Below are positions 37,313-46,096 of a stretch of DNA of 55,378 nucleotides, one piece after another. The notes beneath the pieces were generated by a model that did not search any database, had not been told where the DNA came from, and worked only from the letters and a program-made list of their open reading frames with translations. Position numbers and translations under genes: made by a program. Position 1 is the first letter of the stretch; each line of letters starts with the position of its first letter. The stretch is from Gemmatimonadales bacterium (GTDB taxonomy: Bacteria > Gemmatimonadota > Gemmatimonadetes > Gemmatimonadales > GWC2-71-9), in contig JANNSC010000087.1 of the NCBI GenBank assembly GCA_031402135.1, positions 1 through 55,378 on the forward strand, read 5' to 3'.

Positions 37313-37819
37313 TTGCATGCAACCGACATACCGCCCCCGCAACCGCAAGCGCGTCAACCGACACGGTTTCCGTGCCCGGATGGCCGATCGGTGGGGTCGC
37401 GAGGTCCTGTCGCGTCGTCGCAAGAAGGGTCGGAAGCTGCTGACCGTACGCGTGCCGAACAAGCACGGAGGAAGCTGACGGAAAGTGAGCGGCTGCCGCG
37501 AAACTTCCGGCTGACTCGTGCGTCAGAGCTGCGCCGGGTGCAGGAAGTTGGGCGGCGGCGGCGGCTCCCACACCTCGACGTACTGTGGGCGGACAACCAG
37601 GTGGGCCATCCGAGGCTGGGACTGATCGTTCCGAAGTTCCAGGCCAACGCGGTGGCCCGCAATCGTTTGCGGCGCCGGCTCAAGGAATTGTGGCGCCGGG
37701 AGTTGAACACAGAGGTGCCGGCTGTGGATGTGGTCATTCGGGCGCGGCGGGAAACGTACAGCGCCGGATTTGCGGTGCTGCGTGAGGAGCTTCGGAGCTG
37801 GCGTTCGGCGGTGTCGTGA
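37313..37819 (+). CDS. rnpA: ribonuclease P protein component (start uncertain; frame open across all of rpmH)
   Basis: The conserved RnpA core is [27 protein letters not shown]...[25 protein letters not shown] (RNR motif). The only canonical in-frame starts are TTG 37313 and GTG 37391, upstream of or inside rpmH. CTG 37475 is the only other option. Confidence 0.8.
   Translation: MHATDIPPPQPQARQPTRFPCPDGRSVGSRGPVASSQEGSEAADRTRAEQARRKLTESERLPRNFRLTRASELRRVQEVGRRRRLPHLDVLWADNQVGHPRLGLIVPKFQANAVARNRLRRRLKELWRRELNTEVPAVDVVIRARRETYSAGFAVLREELRSWRSAVS
37317..37478 (+). CDS. rpmH: 50S ribosomal protein L34
   Basis: Not in ORF track (53 aa). My translation is [53 protein letters not shown], which shows the canonical L34 pattern (TYxPxxxKRxxxHGFRxRM....GRxVLxxRRxKGRKxLTV). 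AGGGA lies 6 nt upstream. Confidence 0.95.
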   Translation: MQPTYRPRNRKRVNRHGFRARMADRWGREVLSRRRKKGRKLLTVRVPNKHGGS

Positions 37820-37823
37820 GCCG

Positions 37824-38054
37824 ATGGTTCCGATTCTTCACTGGCCCCGACGCATTGCCACCGGAATGATTCGCGGCTACCAACGGGTCGTTTCTCCGGC
37901 GCTTCCGCCGAGTTGCCGGTTCAACCCGAGTTGTTCGCAGTACACCCTCGAGGCGATCGCACGCTACGGCGTCGTTCGAGGTGGTTGGCTTGGTGCGCGG
38001 CGAATCGTGCGATGCCATCCCTTCAACCCGGGCGGATTCGACCCGGTTCCGTAG
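37824..38054 (+). CDS. yidD: membrane protein insertion efficiency factor YidD
   Basis: [57 protein letters not shown] is the canonical YidD signature. Start moved to ATG 37824. Confidence 0.92.
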   Translation: MVPILHWPRRIATGMIRGYQRVVSPALPPSCRFNPSCSQYTLEAIARYGVVRGGWLGARRIVRCHPFNPGGFDPVP

Positions 38055-38075
38055 CCCTCGGACACTCCCCTCATT

Positions 38076-39770
38076 ATGGATCGTCGCGTAATTCTGGCCA
38101 TCATGCTGATGATGGCAGTGGCAATTCTCCCGTCGGTGTTCCTCAAGTCGCCGAAGCGCGCGCCCTTGCGGCCCGGCGCCAACCCTGCGCTGGTGGTCGA
38201 CTCGACAGGTCCAGCCCCAGCGCCGCGGTCCGCGCCATCGGTTGTCGAAGCCCCCCTCGGGAGCGCCGCCCCCCCGGTCGAATCCGCCGAAGACAGTGTC
38301 ATGGTGTCGTCGCCCCTCTATCGCTACGTCTTCTCGACTCGCGGTGGTCGGATGACCTCAGCGACGCCGCTCACCTACCCATCGATGCGCCCCGGAGACA
38401 ACAAGGCCCCCTCCCAGATTCTCCAGGCTCGGAGCGACCTGCTCGCCCTGGGCCTCCTGGCCGGCAGGGACACGGTGTGGCTGCGCGACTGGCAGTTCAC
38501 GCCGTCGGCGAGGCAGGTGACGGTCAGCGGTGCGACCGAGCTGCGCTTTGTCGCGGAACGGGGGAGCCTCTCACTCGCGCTGACCTACGCCTTTCGACCC
38601 GACAATTACCTGATCGGGGTCTCTGGCTCGGTGGCCGGCCTGGGTCCGGACGGGGCGACCCTGCTGGTCGGCATGGGCCCGGGGCTTCGCAACACCGAAG
38701 CGGATAGCCTCGAACACTCTCGGGAGCTCGGCGTGGTCGTGAAGGCTGACAAGGCGTCGATGACCCGCTTCGGGAAACTGAAGCTGCAGCAGCCGACGGC
38801 GCTCAACGGCCCGTTCGAGTGGGTGGCGGTCAAGTCAAAATATTTTGTGACTGCGCTGCTGGCGTTCGACAGCACCGGCACCGGGCTCAATGGCGGCATC
38901 AGTGGCGCGAATGCGGTTGGCGTAGACACCGCCATGAAAACGACGAGCTCCGCGAACCTCACTGTCGGGATTCCGCTTCCCGCGGCGGGGCGATTCCGCT
39001 ATCAGGTGTACGTCGGTCCGATGGAATACCCGAGGCTTCGGGCGATCGGCCACGACTTCGACGACGTCAATCCGTATGGATGGCCGGGGTTCCGGACCAT
39101 CATTCGCCCGGTGGCCCTGGGGGCGCGCTCCCTGCTGGTCTGGATGCACGATTCGCTGGGGCTCGCCTACGGCGTCGGTCTGATCTTGTTCGGCATCCTG
39201 ATCCGGATCGTGTTGTGGCCGCTCAACTCCAAGGCGATGCGTTCCACGATGGCAATGCAGGCCATCCAGCCGCAGATGAAGGAAATTCAGGAGAAGTACA
39301 AAGCCGATCCTCAAAAGCAGCAGCAGGAGATGTTCAAGCTTTACAAGGAGCACAACGTCAACCCGCTGGGCGGCTGCTGGCCGATGCTGCTTCCATGGCC
39401 GATCCTGCTGGCGTTCTTCTTCGTTTTTCAGAACACCATCGAGCTTCGGGGGGCCGCCTTTCTCTGGCTGCCCGACCTTTCCCGATACGACCCGCTCTAC
39501 ATCCTGCCGGTGGTGATGGGCCTGTCGATGTATGGCCTGAGCAAGATCGGACAGCTCGGGATGGCGCCGAATCCACAAATGAAAATGATGCTCTACATGA
39601 TGCCGGTCATGATGACGGTGCTGTTCGCCCGGTTTGCCTCGGGGCTCAACCTGTATTACACCGTGATGAACTTCGCGAGCATCCCGCAGCAGTGGATGCT
39701 TTCGCAGGAGCGCCTGAAGCGAAATCCGCTGCCGGCGCTGCCGCCGCCTCCACCAAAAAAGAAAAAGTGA
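38076..39770 (+). CDS. yidC: membrane protein insertase YidC
   Basis: 564 aa with an N-terminal TM, a large periplasmic domain and a conserved 60KD_IMP core (WPLNSKAMRSTMAMQAIQPQMKEIQEKYK...NPLGGCWPMLL). The C-terminus is basic. Confidence 0.95.
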   Translation: MDRRVILAIMLMMAVAILPSVFLKSPKRAPLRPGANPALVVDSTGPAPAPRSAPSVVEAPLGSAAPPVESAEDSVMVSSPLYRYVFSTRGGRMTSATPLTYPSMRPGDNKAPSQILQARSDLLALGLLAGRDTVWLRDWQFTPSARQVTVSGATELRFVAERGSLSLALTYAFRPDNYLIGVSGSVAGLGPDGATLLVGMGPGLRNTEADSLEHSRELGVVVKADKASMTRFGKLKLQQPTALNGPFEWVAVKSKYFVTALLAFDSTGTGLNGGISGANAVGVDTAMKTTSSANLTVGIPLPAAGRFRYQVYVGPMEYPRLRAIGHDFDDVNPYGWPGFRTIIRPVALGARSLLVWMHDSLGLAYGVGLILFGILIRIVLWPLNSKAMRSTMAMQAIQPQMKEIQEKYKADPQKQQQEMFKLYKEHNVNPLGGCWPMLLPWPILLAFFFVFQNTIELRGAAFLWLPDLSRYDPLYILPVVMGLSMYGLSKIGQLGMAPNPQMKMMLYMMPVMMTVLFARFASGLNLYYTVMNFASIPQQWMLSQERLKRNPLPALPPPPPKKKK

Positions 39771-39778
39771 TGTAGCCA

Positions 39779-41128
39779 GTGTTCTCCGACGTCATTGCCG
39801 CCCTGGCGACCGCCTCGGGTCGATCGGCAATCGCCGTGGTGAGGCTCTCGGGGCAGGGCGCGCTGACGGTGGCTGGGCGGGTCGTTCGTCGAATGGGCGG
39901 TGAGGCCGGAGCGGAGGTTTCGCTCGACCGGATCCCGGCCCGCGTTGCAACCCGGGTTCAACTGGTTTCCCCGAGCGGCGAGCCGATCGACGACGGGCTG
40001 ATCACGGTGTTCCGTGCGCCGCAGAGCTATACCGGACAGGACGTGGTGGAGTTCTCCTGCCACGGCGGACTGCTGGCACCGGCGCAACTGCTGGCGGCGC
40101 TTCACGCGGCGGGCGCCCGCGCCGCCGCGCCGGGCGAGTTCACCCGTCGGGCGGTGCTCGCCGGCAAACTCGACCTGCTGCAGGCGGAGGCGGTCGGCGA
40201 CCTCATTGACGCCACGGCGCCGGCGCAGGGTCGCGCAGCGCTTCGGCAACTCGACGGCGCGTTGTCTCGGCGATTGCTGGCGCTGCGTGACGAACTACTT
40301 GAGCTTCTGGCACTCCTTTCCTACGACATTGATTTCCCCGAAGAAGACGACGGCCCGGTGCCGCGCGCCCGCATTGCCGCGCTGCTGGAGCAAGCCCGGC
40401 ACACCCTCGGGCGCTTGCTGGCGACCGCCCCGGCGGGTGAGCGGCTGCACCACGGGGCGCTGGTGGTGTTGGCCGGCCGCCCCAATGCGGGAAAGTCTTC
40501 GCTGTTCAATGCCTTGCTGGGAAGCAGCCGGGCCTTGGTCACCGAGATCCCCGGAACCACGCGGGACGCCATCGAGGCGTCGAGCGAAATCCTGGGGTGG
40601 CCGGTTCGTTTGGCCGACACCGCCGGGCTTCGCGACGCCGACGAGCGCCTGGAACAGCTGGGGATCGAGGTGAGCCGGCGCTACCTTGCCGCGGCCGACC
40701 TGGTGTTGTTGTGCGTGGAAGCGGGGCAAGAGGTGACGCCGGACGAAGCCGCCCTCATGGGGGAGCGTCCGGTGCTGCTGGTACGTTCCAAGGGCGACCT
40801 CGCGCCGGGGGAGGGGCTGGTGGTGTCGGTGATCACAGGGGAAGGGCTCGAGCGACTCCGGGCAACGATCGCCGAGCGACTCTTTGGGTCCGGCCAGGGG
40901 TACGCGGACCTCGAACCGATGCTGAGTCGGGAGCGCCATCGGGTGGCGCTTGCCCGGGCCGGCGATGCCCTGGGCGCGGCAAGCCAGGAGTTGGGACCCA
41001 GCGCAGACCCGGTGTTGGCGGCACACCAGGTGCGGGGGGCGGTTGCGGCGCTCGACGAACTGATCGGGCTGGTCCACCCCGACGAGGTGCTGGGGAGGAT
41101 CTTCAGCCGCTTTTGCGTCGGGAAATGA
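39779..41128 (+). CDS. mnmE: tRNA uridine-5-carboxymethylaminomethyl(34) synthesis GTPase MnmE
   Basis: 449 aa with the N-terminal IAALATASGRSAIAVVRLSG, G domain GRPNAGKSSLFNAL / DTAG, and C-terminal FCVGK (CxGK). GTG start. Confidence 0.95.
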   Translation: MFSDVIAALATASGRSAIAVVRLSGQGALTVAGRVVRRMGGEAGAEVSLDRIPARVATRVQLVSPSGEPIDDGLITVFRAPQSYTGQDVVEFSCHGGLLAPAQLLAALHAAGARAAAPGEFTRRAVLAGKLDLLQAEAVGDLIDATAPAQGRAALRQLDGALSRRLLALRDELLELLALLSYDIDFPEEDDGPVPRARIAALLEQARHTLGRLLATAPAGERLHHGALVVLAGRPNAGKSSLFNALLGSSRALVTEIPGTTRDAIEASSEILGWPVRLADTAGLRDADERLEQLGIEVSRRYLAAADLVLLCVEAGQEVTPDEAALMGERPVLLVRSKGDLAPGEGLVVSVITGEGLERLRATIAERLFGSGQGYADLEPMLSRERHRVALARAGDALGAASQELGPSADPVLAAHQVRGAVAALDELIGLVHPDEVLGRIFSRFCVGK

Positions 41129-41129
41129 C

Positions 41130-41339
41130 CTACCGCTTGTGACTACTGTCGCAGAAGGGCCGAGTTTTTGTGAATCCGCAGCCGCACAGCTTGATCTGCC
41201 CGGGAATCTTCGAAGGGGGCGGGTCGACCGGATCGCCAGCGTTGTTCAGGATGGTCACCGGGCCATCGATGAGGATGGGGCCCGCGGCCTTGAGGGTGAT
41301 GGTCACGGGGGTCGTGGTGGTTGTGGGTTCGGTAGGCAT
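41130..41339 (-). CDS. CDGSH-type iron-sulfur domain protein (variant CDSSH)
   Basis: 69 aa. CGCGFTKTRPFCDSSH fits C-x-C-x2-(S/T)-x3-P-x-C-D-G-(S/A/T)-H except for Gly->Ser. Confidence 0.75.
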   Translation of the reverse strand: MPTEPTTTTTPVTITLKAAGPILIDGPVTILNNAGDPVDPPPSKIPGQIKLCGCGFTKTRPFCDSSHKR

Positions 41340-41393
41340 AGCGGAAATATATAGCGGGAGGGCGGTGGGGCGGTCGGGTGGCGAGGCCCTCCT

Positions 41394-42338
41394 TTACGCC
41401 GTCCTGAAGCCGAGGGCCTCATCCTCCAGGGCCTGGAAGTCGGCCGCGGGGGCCCGGAGCGCGTTGGCGATGCCGCGCGCAATGACCAGCGGCTCCGCCA
41501 TCCGGTGGCCAAGGTAGTAGCCGCAGCGCTCCGGAAGCGCTCGCCCGAGCGAAAGGCGAGCGCCCGGACTCATGCCGCCGGAGAGATACTTGAGCCTGAG
41601 CCCGAGACCACTTCGGTCGAGATCGTGGTGAACGGCACGGCGAAGGAACGCCTCGAGTTCGCGCATGCGCTGGTACTGCCGACGGGGAAATCCAAAATAG
41701 TCGGCGGCCTCGAGGCCCGGCGCGACCGCTTGAGCCGCGTGCACCGCCAGGCCCTCGTTCAAGAGCAGCTCCCGGAGGGTGGCGCGGCTTCCAGTGACCC
41801 AGTAGTCGTAGTAGCCTCCCGCCTCCGCGATGAGGCGGCGCAGCTCGCTGGCGCTGTCCGGCGAAGTGTAGCGAACGGTGTGGGCAATTTCATGAGCGAC
41901 CCAGAGGGGCAGGTGCTCCGGGGGCAGCCCGAGTCCGTAGGTTTCCGGGTTGACCCTGCCAGTGAAGTGCTCGACACAGACAAAGGCGACGCCTCGGCCG
42001 TTTACCACCAACTCTCCCGCATTTGCCGCCCCCATCCCCACCATGAGCACGCAGTCGGTGGTGCGATCGACCCGCAGGACCTCTTCCGCCCGATGCAGCG
42101 CGTCCTCGACCAGCCGGGCCACATCAACGGCCTCGAGCAGGGCGTGGAGGTCGCTCCGGTCGGCGCGCATGGCGCTGGCGACTACCGAGGTGGCATGAGG
42201 GCTGTCGAGATCGAGAACGTAGTTGTTCCAGTATGCAGCGAGCAATGGGCGATGCGCGTCGAGGAAGCGGTGGTAGGCCGCTTCACGGTCCGATTGGGCG
42301 AGAATGTCAAGAAAATCGGGGAGGAGATTGATGAGCAC
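41394..42338 (-). CDS. predicted zinc-dependent protease, DUF2268-like (HExxH)
   Basis: 314 aa soluble protein with WVAHEIAHTVRY (HExxH) followed by LLNEGLAVH. The family call is from memory of the DUF2268 architecture and is not verified. Confidence 0.6.
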   Translation of the reverse strand: MLINLLPDFLDILAQSDREAAYHRFLDAHRPLLAAYWNNYVLDLDSPHATSVVASAMRADRSDLHALLEAVDVARLVEDALHRAEEVLRVDRTTDCVLMVGMGAANAGELVVNGRGVAFVCVEHFTGRVNPETYGLGLPPEHLPLWVAHEIAHTVRYTSPDSASELRRLIAEAGGYYDYWVTGSRATLRELLLNEGLAVHAAQAVAPGLEAADYFGFPRRQYQRMRELEAFLRRAVHHDLDRSGLGLRLKYLSGGMSPGARLSLGRALPERCGYYLGHRMAEPLVIARGIANALRAPAADFQALEDEALGFRTA

Positions 42339-42385
42339 GAGACAAGATAAAATTCACTGCGCCGCACACAAGACCCCAATTGCCT

Positions 42386-43246
42386 CTAATGCAAGTCCTT
42401 TCGCTTGCGTTCGGAGGCTTCGTCGAGAAATCGCCGCTCTTCGGGGGTCAAACTGGCGAGACCAAACGCCCCGATCTTGTCGAGCACCCGGTCGATCTCG
42501 TCGGTGGAGAATTCTGCCCTCGGCTCTGGTCGCGCCAGGGCGGGGCGAACATCGACAGCCGGGCTTCCCTGGCGGACCGGGATCGGCGCCATGACCGGTC
42601 GGCGGGCAAGGGTTTTTGGCTCCTTCTCGCTGCGTCGCGCGGAGGCGAGGCCCTGGATCCGAAAGAAGATGTAGCCTGCCGCCATGCCCCCCAGGTGGGC
42701 AACATGGGCAATCCCGTCGTTCACCCACAGCGCGGCGACGAGGTCGACCAAGGCCAACAGCAGAACCAGCGTGCGTGCGGTGATCCGGAGCGGGAGCGGA
42801 AACACCACCAGCTCCGCGTCCGGCCAGGCAAATGCAAACGCCAACGCGACGCCCAGAACAGCGCCGCTGGCGCCGATGAACGGGTCAATCGGCAGAAAGG
42901 AAGAGAGCCCGAGGGCCAAGGCTGCCGCGCCGACGCCGCAGTAGAGGTAGTAGGAGAGGAACGCCCGCCCCCCCATCCTGCGTTCCACCGGTGGACCGAA
43001 GACGTACAGGGCGAGCATATTGCTGGCGAGGTGGAGCAGCCCGCCATGAATGAACATGTAAGAAAGAATTGCCCAGGGCCGGCTGGCTGCCAGCCTGGGG
43101 ACGAACTGCAGGGCTTCGACAAACGCGGGAGCGGTGAAGACGGTCTGCAGCAAGAGGAGCACGACGGTATTGGTCGCCATGATTCGCCCGACCCACGGGG
43201 TCAGGCGGGGCCCCTCGTTGTATGGCTGTGGGCGATCGTCGGTCAT
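42386..43246 (-). CDS. rhomboid family intramembrane serine protease with C-terminal cytoplasmic extension
   Basis: FIHGGLLHLASNM (HxxxN), GASGAVLG (GxSG) and AHLGGMAAG (His). Start moved to ATG 43246 (MTDDRPQ...), which overlaps the ddl stop (ATGA). The C-terminal ~85 aa are non-membrane and end in EIDRVLDKIGAFGLASLTPEERRFLDEAS. Confidence 0.88.
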   Translation of the reverse strand: MTDDRPQPYNEGPRLTPWVGRIMATNTVVLLLLQTVFTAPAFVEALQFVPRLAASRPWAILSYMFIHGGLLHLASNMLALYVFGPPVERRMGGRAFLSYYLYCGVGAAALALGLSSFLPIDPFIGASGAVLGVALAFAFAWPDAELVVFPLPLRITARTLVLLLALVDLVAALWVNDGIAHVAHLGGMAAGYIFFRIQGLASARRSEKEPKTLARRPVMAPIPVRQGSPAVDVRPALARPEPRAEFSTDEIDRVLDKIGAFGLASLTPEERRFLDEASERKRKDLH

Positions 43247-44244
43247 CGGGCTCCACTCGCGAGACAGATTCGCTCGCACAACTCCGGGAAGGGGATCCCG
43301 ACGGCCGCCGCCGACTGGGGGAGCAGGCTGGTCGAGGTCATGCCCGGCAAGGTGTTCACCTCCAAACAGACCATTTCCCCGGCCGGTGTCAAGCGAAAGT
43401 CCACGCGGGAGTAGCCACCCAGCTTGAGGGCGTGGTGGGCCGCCAGGCCAAGCCGGCCGCATTCGGCGAGGAGCGCCTTCGGCAGATCGGCCGGGAAGAT
43501 TTCTTCCGACATCCCGGGCGTATACTTGCACTCGTAATCGAAAATCTCGTGCCGGGGGATGATTTCGCCCACCGCCAGGTCCCGGCCGTCCAGAATTCCG
43601 ACGGTCAACTCCCGGCCCGGGATAAAGGCCTCGATCATGACTTCGTCGTCGTAGTGAAAGGCGAGCTCGACCGCGGCATCGAAGGCTGCCGGGGCCTTCA
43701 CGACCGAAAGTCCCACGGTGGAACCCTGTTTCGACGGCTTTACCACTGCCGGCCAGCCCAGGCTGTGGCCGACCTGATCGGCCGTCGCCGGCGCCATCAA
43801 CCAGTTGGCGGTGGGTACCCCCGCGGCTCGAAACAGGCGCTTGGCAACGTCCTTGTCCATGGCGAGCCCGCTGGCCAGGGCACCGCTGCCGGTGTAGGAC
43901 ACCCCCACCACATCGAGCACCGCCTGCAGCGTTCCGTCCTCACCTCGACCGCCATGGAGAGCAAGAAAGATGACGTCGGCTTCGCGGACGACGGGAAGCG
44001 CCGAGAGGCTGGAAAGCAGCACGCCGCGTTCCAGATTGACGAGCTCTTCGATCCTCGGTGGCTCCCGCCCGACGTCACCACGGAGCAACTGCGCCTCGCT
44101 GGCCTCCGGGATGTAGCCGCGCGCGGTGTCCACGACCGCGACGGTGTGACCGCGGGCTCGGAGTGCCCGAACGACCTGGACGGCCGAGGCGATCGCCACA
44201 TCGCGTTCGGAGCTGGTGCCGCCGGTGAGAACGGTGATTCGCAT
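43243..44244 (-). CDS. ddl: D-alanine--D-alanine ligase
   Basis: 333 aa ATP-grasp with FLALHGGRGEDGTLQ, VVKPSKQGSTVG and VCLEVNTLPGMT. Confidence 0.95.
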   Translation of the reverse strand: MRITVLTGGTSSERDVAIASAVQVVRALRARGHTVAVVDTARGYIPEASEAQLLRGDVGREPPRIEELVNLERGVLLSSLSALPVVREADVIFLALHGGRGEDGTLQAVLDVVGVSYTGSGALASGLAMDKDVAKRLFRAAGVPTANWLMAPATADQVGHSLGWPAVVKPSKQGSTVGLSVVKAPAAFDAAVELAFHYDDEVMIEAFIPGRELTVGILDGRDLAVGEIIPRHEIFDYECKYTPGMSEEIFPADLPKALLAECGRLGLAAHHALKLGGYSRVDFRLTPAGEMVCLEVNTLPGMTSTSLLPQSAAAVGIPFPELCERICLASGAR

Positions 44245-44265
44245 GATGAGCGCTCCGCCGGGCGC

Positions 44266-45660
44266 CTATCCTTGCCGGGTCCCGATGAGTTGCTGCAACA
44301 AATCGTATCGTGAGACGATGCCGATCAATTTCCCCTCTTTCTGAACCAGAGTGGCCGGATTCTCCCGAGTAAGCATGGGCGCGAGTCGATCGGCAGGGAA
44401 GGCTGCGTCCACCACCGGGAAAGGGCCGTCCATTGCTTCGCGCACAGGCCGATCGAGCAAGGTTGGCTGTTCAAGGGCCCGAGCCATCAGCGAGTGTTCG
44501 GTGAGCCCCCCGACGCATACGCCGGCATCCACCACTGGAATCTGGCTCACGCTCCAGGTGCTCATCAGATTGAGCGCTTGGCGGACCTGGGCCGCGGGCG
44601 CCACACTGACCAGGTGGGGCGCGCCCTTCTGGCGCCGGGCCAGCAGCTGTTCTACGGTGGTCCGGGGCGCGTCCAGCAATTGATTCTCCTGCATCCAATC
44701 GTCGTCGAACACCTTGGACAAGTAGCGCTCCCCAGTGTCACACAGAATGGTGACGACGCAGGCGGCGGAGTCCTTCACTTCCCCGGCCACCTGGAGGGCG
44801 AGCACAACGTTGAGTCCAGCGGAACCACCGACCAGCAGGCCCTCCTCGCGGGCCAGGCGCCGGGCCATCTGCATCGAGGCGCGGTCGGACACCTGGCGGA
44901 ATTCGTCGATCAGGTCCCACCAGACGGTGGTGGGCACCTTGTCTCCGCCAATGCCCTCGACCTTGTACGGAGCACCCTCGCCCAGGGTCCGGGTTTTGTG
45001 GTACCCGGTGTAGAGCGAGCCAACCGGGTCACCGGCAATCACGCGAATGGCGGGGTTCTTTTCCTTGAGGTACTTCCCGGCGCCACTCACCGTTCCGCCG
45101 GTACCGGCGCCGGCGACGAGGTGAGTTACCTTGCCCTTGGTTTGCTCCCAGATTTCCGGGCCGGTGGTCTGGTAATGGGCCTCCGGGTTCACCTGGTTGT
45201 AAAACTGATTGGCAAGGACGGCGCCGGGCGTGTCGTGCACGATCTGCTTGGCCTTCATGATATAGTTTTCGGGATGGTCCGGAGGCACCGCCGTCGGGGT
45301 GATGACCACCTCCGCACCATAGGCGCGAAGCAGGCGTACTTTCTCCTGGGACATCTTGTCCGGCAGGGTGAAGATGCAGCGATATCCCTTGAGCGCTGCG
45401 GCGATGGCCAACCCAACGCCGGTGTTGCCGCTGGTTCCCTCCACGACCGTTCCGCCCGGCTTCAGCTCACCCCGCTGCTCCGCGGCTTCGATAATTGCGA
45501 GGCCGATCCGGTCCTTGACCGAACCGCCGGGGTTGGCGTACTCCGCCTTGCCATACACCGGAGTAACGATTCCGGCGCCGACCCGGCTCAACCGGATCAG
45601 CGGGGTCCACCCGACGGTGTCCAGCGCGGAAGCATACGGCTCGAGGTGCTGCGGCTTCAT
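44266..45660 (-). CDS. cystathionine beta-synthase-type PLP enzyme (cysteine synthase fold plus tandem CBS domains)
   Basis: 464 aa with PLP-Lys in NPGGSVKDR, GTSGNTG and GAGTGGT, and a C-terminal ~120 aa CBS pair. Confidence 0.88.
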   Translation of the reverse strand: MKPQHLEPYASALDTVGWTPLIRLSRVGAGIVTPVYGKAEYANPGGSVKDRIGLAIIEAAEQRGELKPGGTVVEGTSGNTGVGLAIAAALKGYRCIFTLPDKMSQEKVRLLRAYGAEVVITPTAVPPDHPENYIMKAKQIVHDTPGAVLANQFYNQVNPEAHYQTTGPEIWEQTKGKVTHLVAGAGTGGTVSGAGKYLKEKNPAIRVIAGDPVGSLYTGYHKTRTLGEGAPYKVEGIGGDKVPTTVWWDLIDEFRQVSDRASMQMARRLAREEGLLVGGSAGLNVVLALQVAGEVKDSAACVVTILCDTGERYLSKVFDDDWMQENQLLDAPRTTVEQLLARRQKGAPHLVSVAPAAQVRQALNLMSTWSVSQIPVVDAGVCVGGLTEHSLMARALEQPTLLDRPVREAMDGPFPVVDAAFPADRLAPMLTRENPATLVQKEGKLIGIVSRYDLLQQLIGTRQG

Positions 45661-46079
45661 GGCGTCGTTCCCCCGCGGTCGGGGTGGCGAAAATGGACCG
45701 GTTGGGTAAACAGAGCGGCGACCGGAACTCCATTGCGGAGCGCCGGGGCGAAACGAAGTTTGGGGGCGCCCACCAGCGCCGCGGAGTCGAGCGCTGGATA
45801 GCCGCTCGACTCCTGTACCCGGGTCGATTCGGGGGCGATGGTACCGGTTGCATCAACAAACAGGCGGAGCAGCACGGTGCCGCTGATGCGCTGCTGGTAG
45901 AGCGCAGGGGGATATCCGACCGGAGACTCCGCATTGAGCGCCACCGGCGGTTCGTCCCGCCGCGCGCTGGTGGTCGCCGGATCGGCGGGAAGAATCAAGG
46001 TGCCGTCGGATTTTCGGCGGCAGCCGACGTCAAGGACAGCGCTGGCCAGCAGCAGGGCGACGGTCGGGACGGAATACAT
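45657..46079 (-). CDS. TonB C-terminal domain lipoprotein-like protein
   Basis: 140 aa. The N-terminal VALLLASAVLDVGC is lipobox-like. The C-terminal YPPALYQQRISGTVLLRLFVDATG...SSGYPALDSAAL...RFAPA matches the TonB_C fold signature. The stop overlaps the CBS ATG (ATGA). Confidence 0.75.
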   Translation of the reverse strand: MYSVPTVALLLASAVLDVGCRRKSDGTLILPADPATTSARRDEPPVALNAESPVGYPPALYQQRISGTVLLRLFVDATGTIAPESTRVQESSGYPALDSAALVGAPKLRFAPALRNGVPVAALFTQPVHFRHPDRGGTTP

Positions 46080-46096
46080 CCCTGAAGGTACCGCGG

